Part shown: one piece after another, positions 1-11,500 of the stretch
Layout: each line of letters begins with the position of its first letter
How positions within the stretch are numbered: the stretch's first letter is position 1
Assembly: GCA_951406725.2 (NCBI GenBank)
Contig: OX597823.1
Location: 48,856,001-48,920,000, forward strand
From: Octopus vulgaris
Lineage: Eukaryota
Length of the DNA: 64,000 nt
Direction: 5' to 3'
The notes under the pieces: model-generated
Told to the model about the DNA's origin: nothing
What the model saw: only the letters and a program-made list of their open reading frames with translations
Database searches by the model: none
Position numbers and translations under genes: made by a program

Positions 1-104
1 AGGCAGATTTTATCTGCCTCCCTTTGTCACTTATAGAAATCTACAATATAGGATTTCTTCAATTACAATTTACTTAGCATTTTTAAGAGTAGAATGCATC
101 GGGT
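1..104 (+). mobile_element. 5' segment of Helitron-associated repeat (family B), cut by window edge
   Basis: Near-identical to 579-683, which follows a TC start at 565 directly after a Helitron CTAG end. Confidence 0.6.
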
Positions 105-167
105 TAATAACATTTTTTTAAGAATGTGTATATAACAAAGTATGTGTATATAACTACGTGGCTTATA

Positions 168-564
168 TCTTTATATATAAGAGTGAAGTTGTGTGTCTGT
201 CTCCTACGATTTAGATTCGTAACTACTCCCACATTTTGCGGTACAGTTTAACCAAAAGCGGGTATCTTATAGTCGTGATTCATATCGAGCCCTTCTGGGT
301 ATTAGCGCGCGTCTACGATGAGTCTACGATTTAAAAAAATTTACCATCATATTTTTCCATTTTAATGCATATTTTTCGTTATTATATAAGGGAAGTAACT
401 CTCTAAAAATATCTACGATGTGTCAACGATTTAAAAAAAAAATTACCTTAATTTTTTTTCAATTTTTAATGCATTTTTTTGCTATTTTTTGGCTATAACT
501 CTCTAAAAATGCTTATATAGTTATTTCCCTTACAAACCCGAGCAACGCCGGGCGATACTGCTAG
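168..564 (+). mobile_element. Non-autonomous Helitron (family A)
   Basis: A|TC start (TCTTTATATATAA..GTGTGTCTGTC); subterminal hairpin CCCG-agcaacgc-CGGG at 537-552; CTAG end at 561-564 followed by T; 5' part shared with 1978-2210. Confidence 0.85.
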
Positions 565-1045
565 TCTCTTATTATAAAAGGCAGATTTTATCTGCCTCCC
601 TTTGTCAGTTATAGAAATCTACAATATAGGATTTCTTCAATTACAATTTACTTAGCATTTTTAAGAGTAGAATGCATCGGGTTTTGCCAGGTCCACTTTT
701 TAAAATTTAAACTCCAATTAAGCAAAATTTACAGAAAACTCACATTCTGGTGTGTATGTCAAATGTTTTTCTTAATGTGGTTTACACCACACGCACACGC
801 ACACACACAGTGTGCAACGAATAAAATGAAAGTAATTCACATTTTGTAGTGAGTGACTCTTTCAGTCTGCCACTTCCTCTTTACACACATAGATACGCAA
901 ATATATAAATAAAATTGTAAGCTAACGTGCGTGTGTGTGAGTGTGTGTGTGCGTGTGTGTGTGTGTGAGGGTGCGTGTGTGTGTGTGTGTGTGTGCGTGA
1001 GTGTGTGACAGGAAAGTTTTTTAGGACGAATATAAGACCTATATC

Positions 1046-1490
1046 GGCGATGTTTCGCTTGTCGTAGCACAGGTTTCCGTCGATTTCCGTAAAAAACTTT
1101 TATTTTTTTACATAAGTAATGAGAGCGAAAGAGACTAAGAGAAAGCGATTGTATGACGAGGGAAGTTCTTTTGAAGTTACCGTGCATGGGACGCATTGAT
1201 GTACATGTGTGTGTGTGTGTGTGTGTGTTTGATGGAGTGTGGGAGACAGACAGTATGTTGTGTAAGTGAAGTGCTTCTGTTAGTGTGTGTGAAGAGACAG
1301 AGAGAGTAATGTATGAAAGAGAGAGATAACTGAATTTTTTTACTCGGTGTATGTGTATATGTATGTATGCATGTATGTGTGTGTGTGTGTATGTATGTGT
1401 GTGTGTATGTATGTATGTATGGCCGATTCAGTGTTTACATTTTTTACGGAAATCGACGGAAACGTGTGCTACGACAAGCGAAACATCGCC
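1046..1490. repeat. 51-bp inverted repeat pair (1046-1096 / 1440-1490)
   Basis: GGCGATGTTTCGCTTGTCGTAGCACAGGTTTCCGTCGATTTCCGTAAAAAA and its reverse complement, one mismatch. Confidence 0.95.
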
Positions 1491-1500
1491 CCTATATCCA

Positions 1501-1977
1501 AGTAGCAGAAAGATCGCCCAAAAGTGTATATAGATATTTAAATGTATTTATATATTCATCTATACACAGATGTATGTATAATGTGTGTGTATATATTTCC
1601 ATACACGTAACCATTCACTCCACACAAAGTTTTTTAGGACGAAAATAAGATCTAAAGTTATCTCTAAGTAGCACAGAGATCGCTCAAAAGTGTATATAGA
1701 TATATAAATGTATTTATATATTCATCTATGCACACATGTATGTATAACGTGTGTGTATATATTTCCATAGAGGTAACCATTCACTCCATACAAAGTTTTT
1801 TAGCACGAAAATAAGATCTAAAGTTATCTCTAAGAAACAGAAAGATCGCCCAAAAGTGTATATAGATATTTAAATGTATTTATATATTCATCTATACACA
1901 CATGTATGTATAATGTGCGTGTATATATTTCCATAGAGGTAACCATTCAATCCATACAAAGTTTTTTAGGATGAAAA
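1501..1977 (+). repeat. 166-bp tandem repeat, about 2.9 copies
   Basis: GATCGC(C/T)CAAAAGTGTATATAGAT recurs at 1512, 1678 and 1844. Confidence 0.92.
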
Positions 1978-2823
1978 TATTTATATATAAAAGAAAGGTT
2001 GTTTGTCTGTCTACTCCGATTTAGATTCCTAACTACTCCCACATTTTGCGATGCAGTTTAACCAAAACCGGGTATCTTATAGTCGTGATTCATATGGAGC
2101 CCTTCTGGGTATTAGCGCGCGTCTACGATGAGTCTATGATTTTACAAATAATTTACCATCATTTTTTTCCATTTTAATGCATATTTTTAAAAATAAACGG
2201 AAGTAACTCTCAAACTTCACACCAATATGCGTGCTCATATGCGACGTAATATCACATCAGCAGCATTTCCTCACACCCTCCTTGCACTTGGCGAAGGCAA
2301 AATACCAGGGGATGAAAATGGTAATATTGCCATCAATTCCATTTGTACCATTGTTAAGACGCCTTCTGATCTCAGAGATGCAGTGTTCCCAGATCTACAA
2401 GCTAATTATCAGAATATGGATTGGATTGGCAAAAAGGCTATACTGGCCCCGAGGAATAAAACTGTTCACCATATTAATGATGAAATGCTAAAACTCATTC
2501 CTGGGGAAGTCTATGTATATCAGTCTATCGATACAACTCCTGACCCAGAGGACGTCATCAACTATCCAATAGAGGTACTCAATTCCTTTGAGCACCCCGG
2601 ACTACCACCACACTTTCTCAAACTTAAAGTTGGTGCCCCTATAATGCTCATCAGAAATTTGGTTCCCCCAAAACAATGCAATGGCACACGTTTGATCGTT
2701 AAGTCCTTATCTCCCACCGTAATCTTATATCAATATTTGCCTGAATAATCATCATAATTCAGTGCAATCATTAACAGTACTTTCAAGCAATTCAGCCCCG
2801 AGCAACGCCGGGCAATTCTGCTA

Positions 2824-2824
<1 letters not shown>
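1978..2824 (+). mobile_element. Helitron internal-deletion derivative retaining a helicase fragment
   Basis: 5' part matches 168-400; hairpin (G)CCCG..CGGGC at 2795-2813; CTAG end at 2821-2824 followed by T; internal RepHel helicase fragment. Confidence 0.9.
2212..2748 (+). pseudogene. Helitron RepHel C-terminal PIF1-family helicase fragment
   Basis: KLHTNMR, LLALGEG, AILAPRN..VHHIN, YPIEVLNS..PGLPPHFLKLKVGAPIMLIRNL...CNGTRL motifs; Rep domain, Walker A and final helicase motifs are missing. Confidence 0.92.
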
Positions 2825-2877
<53 letters not shown>

Positions 2878-2880
<3 letters not shown>

Positions 2881-3266
2881 AGGTTTCTTTCAGTTTCTTT
2901 TTTTTTCTTTATTACCCACAAGAGGCTAAACATAGAGGTGACAAACAAGAACAGACAAAGGGATTAAGTCGATTATATCAACCCCATTGCATAACTAGTA
3001 CTTAATTTATTGACCCTGAAAGAATGAAAGGCAAAGTCGACCTCGGCGGAATTTGAACATAGACTGTAAAGACAGACGAAATACTGCTAAGTATTTCACC
3101 CGGCATGCTAGCTTTCCTGCCAGTTCACCGCCTTATTCAGTTTCTGTCTACCAAATCAACTCACAGGGCTTTGATCAGCCCAAGGCTACAGTAGAAGACA
3201 TTTGCCCAAGGTACCATACTGTGGAACTGAATCCAGAACCATGTAGTTGGGAAGCAAGCTTCTTAT

Positions 3267-3321
<55 letters not shown>

Positions 3322-3465
3322 GCTTCTTTCAGTTACTGTCCATCAAATCCACTCACAAAGCTTTGGTTACCTGGGCTATAGCAGAAAATACTTGTCCAAT
3401 GTGCCATGCAGTGGAACTAAACCTAGAGCTATGTGGTTGGGAAGCAAACTTATCACACTGCCTCA
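2878..3465 (-). mobile_element. tRNA-derived CORE-like SINE 5' halves (two copies; the first is split by a nested SINE)
   Basis: Reverse complement of the 43088-43250 head (TTGCCCAAGGT.., GGTTGGGAAGCAAG) at 3136-3265 and 3318-3465. Confidence 0.8.
2899..3135 (-). mobile_element. tRNA-derived SINE (second family, Meta-domain-like core) nested in a CORE-like SINE
   Basis: Reverse complement of 14133-14363; 10-bp TSD TTCAGTTTCT at 2889-2898 and 3136-3145. The Meta-domain label is from memory of the GCCTTTCATCC..GTCGATAAA..AGTACC motif. Confidence 0.85.
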
Positions 3466-4136
3466 TCTGTACTTATGTTTGATCAGTTAAAGGAATGGAA
3501 TTGGGTACCATTATCAGTTTTTGATATCCCTCAAGACAGTGATGAAGTTTCCACCTATATTTTGAACAAGACCAGTTTTGTTCTTATTATTGTTATTACA
3601 GTACTCCAAACTCAATATGAAGTGCCTATAAATGCAAAAGTATTTTTTTAATTTTTTATTTAGTTTCAGCTCACAAGCTGTGGCCATGCTGGGGCACCGC
3701 CATATTATGGCTTTCTTTTATTTTTATTTTTATCTTTTGCTTGTCATTAGACAGTGACTATGCTGGGACAAAAGTCTTGAAAGGTTTAATGGAACAAATC
3801 AACTGCAGTACTTATTTTAAAGTTTAGTGGTCTCTTTTGGTCTCTTTTGCTAAACTGCAAAAGTTATGGGCACTATCAGAAAAGCAATGTTGTTCCTTTC
3901 TAATCTTTCATGAAAAAATATGTCTGACCATTGGAAAATATTATCTTGCTTGGAAACAGGTGAGAGTTAGCAACAGGACTTGCATGCAGCATACAAAGAC
4001 TGCCTGAACAAATTCTGTTTGATGCATGCAATGAATGTAAACTGACAACGATGATGATGATATATATAAACACATATATCTCTGTCTATCTATCTATCTG
4101 TCTGTCTGTCTGTCTCTCTGTCTCAATCGCTCTCTC

Positions 4137-4221
<85 letters not shown>

Positions 4222-4223
<2 letters not shown>

Positions 4224-4600
4224 TCTTTTACTTGTTTCTTGTTTCAGTCATTTGACTGTGGCCATGCTGGAGCACCGCCTTTAGTCGAGCAAATCATCCC
4301 CAGGACTTATTCTTTGTAAGCCTAGTACTTATTCTATCAGTCTCTTTTGCAGAACTGCTAGGTTACAGGGCGTAAACACACCAGCATTGGTTGTCAAGCA
4401 GACACACAAACATATACATATATATGTACATACATATGATGGGCTTCTTTCAGTTTCCGTCTACCAAATCCACTCACAAGGCTTTGGCCAGCCTGAGGCT
4501 ATAGTAAAAGACACTTGCCCAAGGTGCCATGCAGTGGAGTCTGAACCTGGAACCATGTTGTTGGTAAGCAAGCTACTTACCACACAGCCACTCCTATGCC
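4222..4600 (-). mobile_element. Full-length CORE-like tRNA SINE
   Basis: Colinear reverse complement of 43088-43514, including the internal microsatellite. Confidence 0.9.
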
Positions 4601-4866
4601 TATATATATATATACAAAGAAGAACAGAAATGAGGGTTAAAATTTACATGTATTCATTGATTACATCATAACATAAACATACCCTCTTCAGGTAAAATTT
4701 TAAACAGGTATAAACAGGAAAGGGAAAACCTTGATGATGACCTATCTCCAAAACAACATGTATATATATATACATATATATATATATAGAAATTCGGGGT
4801 GAGTACTTGATAATTATAAGCACCTGTGTATACCGTTTGGTGGTGTAGGTGGTGGAAGCTGTTGTG

Positions 4867-4947
4867 CACGGCTGAAGAAGGCCACAGACATACATTATGC
4901 ATTGTTATAAATCTGTCTAATAAAGGCCCGAAACATATGTACCGCTG
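4867..4947 (+). ncRNA. Minimal type I hammerhead ribozyme motif
   Basis: cgg-CTGAAGA(4872)-a-ggcc..ggccc-GAAAC(4930)-atat-GTA-ccg; stem I cgg/ccg; palindromic stem III ACATATGT; GUA cleavage triplet. Confidence 0.7.
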
Positions 4948-4981
4948 AATCCTTCGCATCATGTTTTTACTTTATTTTGAT

Positions 4982-5023
<42 letters not shown>

Positions 5024-5028
<5 letters not shown>

Positions 5029-5253
5029 ATTAAAAGGCCCCTAAATAAAGAAGCAAGTACTAAATACACAAAAAAAGATGAGTCTAGCCTTGGCAGATAA
5101 ATTATATTCATTTGCTAAAAAAAAAGACGAAACTGCAGTACAAGATTAGCTGAGTTGGTAAACGTTTTTGATTTTCATTCCATTTCATGAATTTATCCCC
5201 TTTTTTTGTGTATCTAGTACTTGCTTCTTTATTTAGGGGCCTTTTAATGTACT
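5024..5253 (+). mobile_element. Short element with 54-bp inverted terminal duplication and 5'-truncated hammerhead
   Basis: 5024-5077 is the reverse complement of 5200-5253 (one mismatch); spacer has GATGA-GTC..GAC-GAAAC-TGCA-GTA (5077-5140); flanked by (TA)n. Confidence 0.75.
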
Positions 5254-7199
5254 TATATATAAATAACATATAGTCTAATGACTAATTTGTCTTTTGTGCT
5301 AGATCACTGGTAATAATAATTTATTTTATTACCCTATTTACTATGTTTTTATATATATATATATATATATCTACATGTGAGTATGATGCAGTCTCTAAGA
5401 ATAATTATGTATAACTGATATTTTTCTTACTCTAATAATGATTAAAAAATCACTCTGTATGTGATATGTACATACTCTGACTTAAATTGATCTGAGCTCA
5501 GAGGCTGAAAAAGAACTTATGCTTTGTCCACCTTATAAAAAAATAAGAAAAAAACTTATGTTCCCACTTCACAGTTGAGTAGTTTGAATAACTATCTGAA
5601 TTAGCATGAAAATAGATATTTTATATGACACAACTGCAGTATGTTACTGGTTGTTATTTTGTGTTCAGATGAAATACCTGACAGCTGATCCCCCAATAGA
5701 ATATGAACTCAGAACAGAAAGCTGGGAAACAACATATTGTGAAGCATTTAGCCTAGCTCTCTACCATTTTAAGAATCTTGAATTGTCAAATAGACAAAGG
5801 AATGAATTAGAATTAAGAACAATAGATAAATAAAACCATACTTTTAATGAAACAAAAGGATACACAGAAAAAGAATTTTGTTTGCCAATACATTCTATTC
5901 AAAACACAAACAATTTATTTTAGCTGCCTTTCATTTTCATTTCAGGTGGTGTTATCATTTCACAAGATGAAACAACTCACTAACTAAAATACATAAAACT
6001 GGAAGCAAAAATGTCTGTAAATATAATAGGAAGAAACATTTCTTAAGAAGGATTGTGACACTAAGTTCCCTCACAAAAGAATGTAAAATCCTATAATTTT
6101 TAATTAAATCATAAAAATAAGAAATCTTTTAAATAACCATATTTTAAAAATTAGTCATTTTGTATTTTTATTTTACTTTATTTTATTATTCATTTATTTA
6201 TTGGATAGGTTAGAGACTTAGTTTTTCTTATCAATGAAGTTGTAGGTTTTCTTATTAGAAAATGCAAAAAGCCAGAGCTGAAGAAAACATTGATAAATAT
6301 ACAAACATAAAACGTGAGCCTATAAAACTGATGTAAAATTACCTTCAGGTGATATATTTTCATTAGAAAACTTTTCTCTGAAAGTTAAATAATGCACACA
6401 ACATAAAACTGATTGTTTATTTAAATAAAAATTATTGATTCTCAAATTCTTTAAATTTCAACTACAATTTAAAGTAAACAAATGAAAATGCTAGTTGATA
6501 CCTAGTTTGAAAAAAAATGGATGAAAGACAACTGGGAAAAGTAAGAATCTATAAAATTCGTCATACAGATTTTAAAAAAAGACCTGTAAGATACAAAAAA
6601 TATATGTATATAAAAAAAGGCAAAAGCAGGAACAAATGAATATCAGAGGTGCAGCAACATATTTTAAAAAACTCATCCACGAAATACATTATTTGTGTAA
6701 AACAGAATTTAAATGGCTTGACAACAATATATCAGTTCTGTATTTTTTTTTCCAGTTAAAAAATCAAATTGCAAATAAAAAAAAATCTTATCTGTTTGCT
6801 ATGATTGATTTTCATTTATGTAGTTAAGTACTTTCAGTCATAATGAGATGTCAGCAGATCAAACCTTTTGCCGTCAGTTTCCTTTGACAATTTTTATAGA
6901 AACATTAACGGATATTAGACTTGTTCACTGAGCAAGATATTAAAAGTTATTAAAATATCTTTCTCCTTGTTTGATTAAATGCTACCTTCCATTTATAATC
7001 TTTGCAGAGAATCTAATGGCTGGAAACTTTTGAACATCTGCTGTAGATAGTAGCAGCCAACTTTACTTAAATTAATGCTGTGACAGAGGCTGCATTTATC
7101 ATTATCTCAATATTCAGATATTAAATAGTTTTGTCATATCCTTACTGGTTGAACACCATGTAACAAATTATACGGGATTAATTACATGTTGAATTGATC

Positions 7200-7505
7200 A
7201 ATCAAGATCACAACATTGACTCATCAATTAACATATACTTTATACCATATTAGTCTATTTTGAGCCACAGAAATGACGAGTCAAAATAAGGACAGTGTCT
7301 CATTAATAAGTATGTACTTTATAATACATTAGTTTGTTTTGAGTCATAGAAAGTTATCAAGGTAATTAATGTGATTTCTCAATTAATATCTAGTTTATAA
7401 TATATTAGTATATTTGAGCCATACAAATGATCAACATAATAACAATGATTCACCAATTAACATATAGATTATAAAATATTAGTCTATTTTGAGCCATAGA
7501 AAACT
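7200..7505 (+). repeat. Degenerate ~76-bp tandem repeat, 4 copies
   Basis: ATTAGT...TTTGAG(C/T)CA recurs at about 7262, 7341, 7416 and 7491. Confidence 0.75.
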
Positions 7506-8269
7506 AGCAGAAGTTGTTCATCATTGAAATTATAAGAGATTTCAATTTTTTCAATGACAACTTTATGGCTGTTATCTTATTAGACTAGTTTTCCAGTTCA
7601 CTTAAGACAAAGCAATATATTCTTTTCCACAAGAAAGTGTTATCAGTTCTTAGTTATTTCTGTAAACCATTCTCCTTGAAGATACCTCATGCAAGTAAAA
7701 TTTTATCAAAATAACCAGGAAAATTTTTTCCCACAGAAATTTTTTTATGACTACAATTCCTAGCATTCATATTAACTCAGTAATGCTTCTTAGTTGCTTT
7801 ATTCCTTATGCCTGCCTGCATTCTCTCTGATACACTTAGGCCAGCTTTGTTAAATAAAGAGCTCAGCAGAATTAGTTTTAATAGGGTCATTCCATATCAA
7901 AAAATTTTTAAAAAAAAAGGAAAAAGTGCTGGCTTGGAAACTGAAAAGCAAGGAATTGGTGCAGAAATGAATGCTTCCAATGCAAAATTGTATACAGTTA
8001 AGAATCAAATTTTGTAGTGATGTGCTTTGCAGTGTGGAAAAAGAATATGGGACTAGAGAGTTCTGAGAGAAGTATTCCAAAGATTACGGGGCATATCAAT
8101 GAATATGACTTCACAATATCATCAACATATATTTTAAACAATTAATATTTGATTCTATTCCAAGATGCATGAACAGATGTAATTCAAGCATTTGGAATTA
8201 AATGCAGAAAATCTAGGAAACTTAATCTCATCCTTAGAACTGAAGCATGCATATTGTACATGGAAAATA

Positions 8270-8867
8270 GGATCTTCACCTTTTGACCGACAGATTTAAA
8301 AAATAATTTCTTGTAACTAAATACTTTCAAACTTCCGACACTGGTAGAATGTGTCATATAAAGCATCTTTTACTCTTATCATTTTTGAGAAAAGCTTATA
8401 TTTACGAAGTTATTTCACGTTAAAGTTGTCCTATTTCAGTAATTTCAACCAATCAATAACATGTATTCAGCTGAATAAAATTACTGCCGCTGTTTGTCAA
8501 CAAGAACTAATGGCGTTGTATATTTCGTTTGTCACTGTTATTTATGACAACCCTAACCCTAAAACCTTACAGCTAAATGCACAAACGATATCATAAATAA
8601 CAGTAACAAACGAAAAATACACCGCTGATTGTTGTTGTTGACAAACAATGGTGGTAATTTTATTCAGCTGAATACACGTCATTGATTGGTTGAAATTACC
8701 AAAATAGGGCAACTTTAACATGAAATAACTTCGTAAATATATGTTTTTCTCAAAAATGCTAAGAGTAAAAGATGTTTAATATGACACATTCTGCCAGTGT
8801 CAGAAGTTTGAAAGTGTTTAGTTACAAAAAATTATTTTTTAAATCTACCGGTCAAAAGGTAAATTTG
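8270..8867. mobile_element. Palindromic (foldback) MITE, ~270-bp arms, CCCTAA repeats in spacer
   Basis: 8278-8548 pairs with 8592-8860 along its length (ACCTTTTGACC.. / ..GGTCAAAAGGT); spacer contains AACCCTAACCCTAA. Confidence 0.9.
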
Positions 8868-9295
8868 AACAGGTTTCAGCATCAATAGTATAAATAAATG
8901 TATATAAGTATGAAGTGCATGTAGACATACACACTGAAAGAGTGAGAGGGAGAGCAGGGTCAATATTTTCCAGCAAAGAAATTTCTTGCAATTTCATATT
9001 TTACCTAAAGTATAGGATATACTTTAACACGTAAAATTAGAAAATTAAAAAAAAAAATTGCAGTAAAGTTGTGAGAAGACAATTACAGAAAATCGTGAAA
9101 CTACTAGCAAGACACAATTTATCACATGTCATGATAAAATCATAAAATCAAAGTTAAAAATGAGAAGAGAAATTTTTGTGGAGAATTGTAGTGTTATATC
9201 AATTCAGTTTTAAGAGATACAGGTGAATGATCAACATTCTTTGCAAGATGAATATATTTAGAGTTATGTAGATGCTTGTAGATATTCAATATGAA

Positions 9296-9361
9296 ATGAT
9301 GATAATAATAATAATAATAATAATAATATCAACAACAATAATGATAGTAATAATAATGATG

Positions 9362-9404
<43 letters not shown>

Positions 9405-9447
9405 GAAGAAGAAGAAGAAGAAGAAGAACAACAACAACAACAACAAG
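9296..9447. repeat. Compound trinucleotide microsatellite (AAT/GAA/CAA)n
   Basis: Direct reading. Confidence 0.97.
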
Positions 9448-9449
9448 AA

Positions 9450-9720
9450 TAAAAAGGATTTCAGAAACATTTAGATAAGATCTCAGAAGAACCATGTCTC
9501 AGAGAAATCCATAAGATTGTACTGACAAGTAATGCCCACATCCTTAGAAAACCCCCTTCCATTTAAATGTCTGTGTTGTAATACATGAAGATATTTCACT
9601 ACTACTCCTGCCACTTCCCCTCCCTAAGCTTTCAATCATACTGTAACATCTCTTATATCCTTCACTTGCCCCAGGACACTGGGTGCATCTCGGCAACTGA
9701 TTGTAACAAGCATGCAGATT
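9450..9720 (+). mobile_element. R4/Dong-like LINE 3' end fragment
   Basis: HKIVLTSNAHILRKP resembles the QKIVLTG.AHVLRR terminus seen at 54730-54780; lies between (AAT)n-type tracts. Confidence 0.6.
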
Positions 9721-9727
9721 AAAGGTA

Positions 9728-9760
<33 letters not shown>

Positions 9761-9914
9761 CCTTTCTATTATAGGCACAAAGCCTGAAATAGTCAATTAT
9801 ACTGACCTGACTGTTCAATTGGTATCCATTTTATTGACCCCAAAAAGATGAAAGGCAAAGTCGATCTTGGTAGAATTTGAACTCTGAACATAAAGATTCT
9901 GCCAGCTTGATATC

Positions 9915-10024
9915 AACAACTACAACAACAACAATAATAATAATGATGATGATTGATGATGATAAGAAGATGAAATATTATTATTGTTGTTACTACTACT
10001 ACTACTTCTTCTACAACAACAACA

Positions 10025-10061
<37 letters not shown>

Positions 10062-10074
10062 TTATTACTATCAC

Positions 10075-10128
<54 letters not shown>

Positions 10129-10143
10129 CATCATCATCATTAT
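9915..10143. repeat. Compound microsatellite (AAC/TAC/TAT/CAT)n
   Basis: Direct reading. Confidence 0.97.
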
Positions 10144-10995
10144 CGGATTTACCAAAGAAATAAACATGAAATTCAGCTTAGAAAAATGTGTCAAAGCAAC
10201 CTTGAAAAAAGAAAAGCCAGTTAAGAGTAAAAATATCACACTAGATAAAGCAAATTAAATAAGAGAATTAGACCAAAGCCAAACATACAAATACTTAGGA
10301 ATTATTGAACTAGATATGATACAACACACAAATAAAAGAAAAGATAAAGAAGGAATCCTATAGATGAATTAGATTAATACTTAAAACAGAGCTCAATGCG
10401 AAAAACTAAGATAATAGGTACCAATGCTCTAGCTATCCCAGTTATAAGTTACAGTTAGACTATTCTTAATTGGACACTAAATAAACTAGCCAAACTAGAC
10501 TAGAAAACAAAAAAAAAAATGACAGAATTTAGGACTCACCACCCAAAATCTGATATAGAGAGGTTATATATGCAAGGAATTGAATGTAGTTGAGGCCTTA
10601 TACAACTAGAAAACTACTATACAATAACCATGATAGGATTACAGAAATATCTAACTCAAAACTAAGGAAAACTGGTACAAATAGCCACGAAACACAAGCA
10701 AAAGGAAAAACTATTTTCTCTCTTCAAGGAAGCCAACAAATACAAGAAAAAAGTCATAGTACCTGACAACTATGAAGAAAAAGAGGAAACAATGAGAGCT
10801 GTAAAGCAACTGAAATCCAAACTAAAATTGGAACAATAAAATACCATGATAAAACAATGCTAGAAAAGACCCTTCATGGCCAGTAGAGGGTTAAACTAAA
10901 CAGAAAAGAAATAGACAATGTAAAATCCCAACAATGGCTGAGAAGCTCAGGACTCAAAGAAGAGACTGAAGGATTTTAATTACAGTACAAGAACA
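10144..10995 (+). mobile_element. R4/Dong-like non-LTR retrotransposon, degenerate RT/thumb fragment
   Basis: Frameshifted translation gives LEKCVKATL, QTYKYLGI, LKTELNAK, HHPKSDIERLY and SQQWLRSSGLKRETEGF. Confidence 0.85.
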
Positions 10996-11039
10996 CTGAT
11001 ACACTCACATTATTATAAACATGCACAAATATATACCTT

Positions 11040-11250
11040 TTACCTTTTACTTGTTTCAGTCATTAGACTGTGGTCATGTTGGAGCACCACTCTGAAGAAT
11101 CTTTAATGAAATGAATCGAACCCATTACTTCATTTTTTTTTAAAGCCTGGTACTTATTCTATTGATCACTTTTGCCAGACTGCTAAATTACAGGGATGGA
11201 AACACAGCCACTCTGTCAAGTAGTAGCAGTGGATATAAACCCAGACACAC
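11040..11250 (-). mobile_element. CORE-like SINE 3' half (probable 5' half at 13661-13810)
   Basis: TTTTACTTGTTTCAGTCATT..GGAGCACC..GTACTTATTCTAT matches the family tail. Confidence 0.75.
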
Positions 11251-11368
11251 ACGTAGATATATACATATGCATATATATGTACACACACACACACACATAT
11301 ATATATATACACACACACATATACATATATATATATATAAATACATATATATATACACATACACACAC

Positions 11369-11405
<37 letters not shown>

Positions 11406-11440
11406 CACACACATGTGTATATATATATATACATATACAT

Positions 11441-11499
<59 letters not shown>

Positions 11500-11500
<1 letters not shown>

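Larger units (their letters stand above)
565..1977 (+). mobile_element. Helitron-associated segment (family B 5' end plus internal repeats)
   Basis: Starts TCTCTTATTATAAAAG right after a CTAG end; contains (TG)n tracts, a 51-bp inverted repeat and a 166-bp tandem array; has no CTAG end of its own and runs into the next Helitron. Confidence 0.6.

Noticed and set aside
2227-2748. Host PIF1 helicase gene
   Set aside because: Intronless partial domain bounded by Helitron termini.
5606-5985. Acceptor-like sites at 5668 and 5945 with short open frames
   Set aside because: No recognisable protein and no matching upstream exon.
8549-8563. Telomere
   Set aside because: Only two CCCTAA units, inside a MITE loop.
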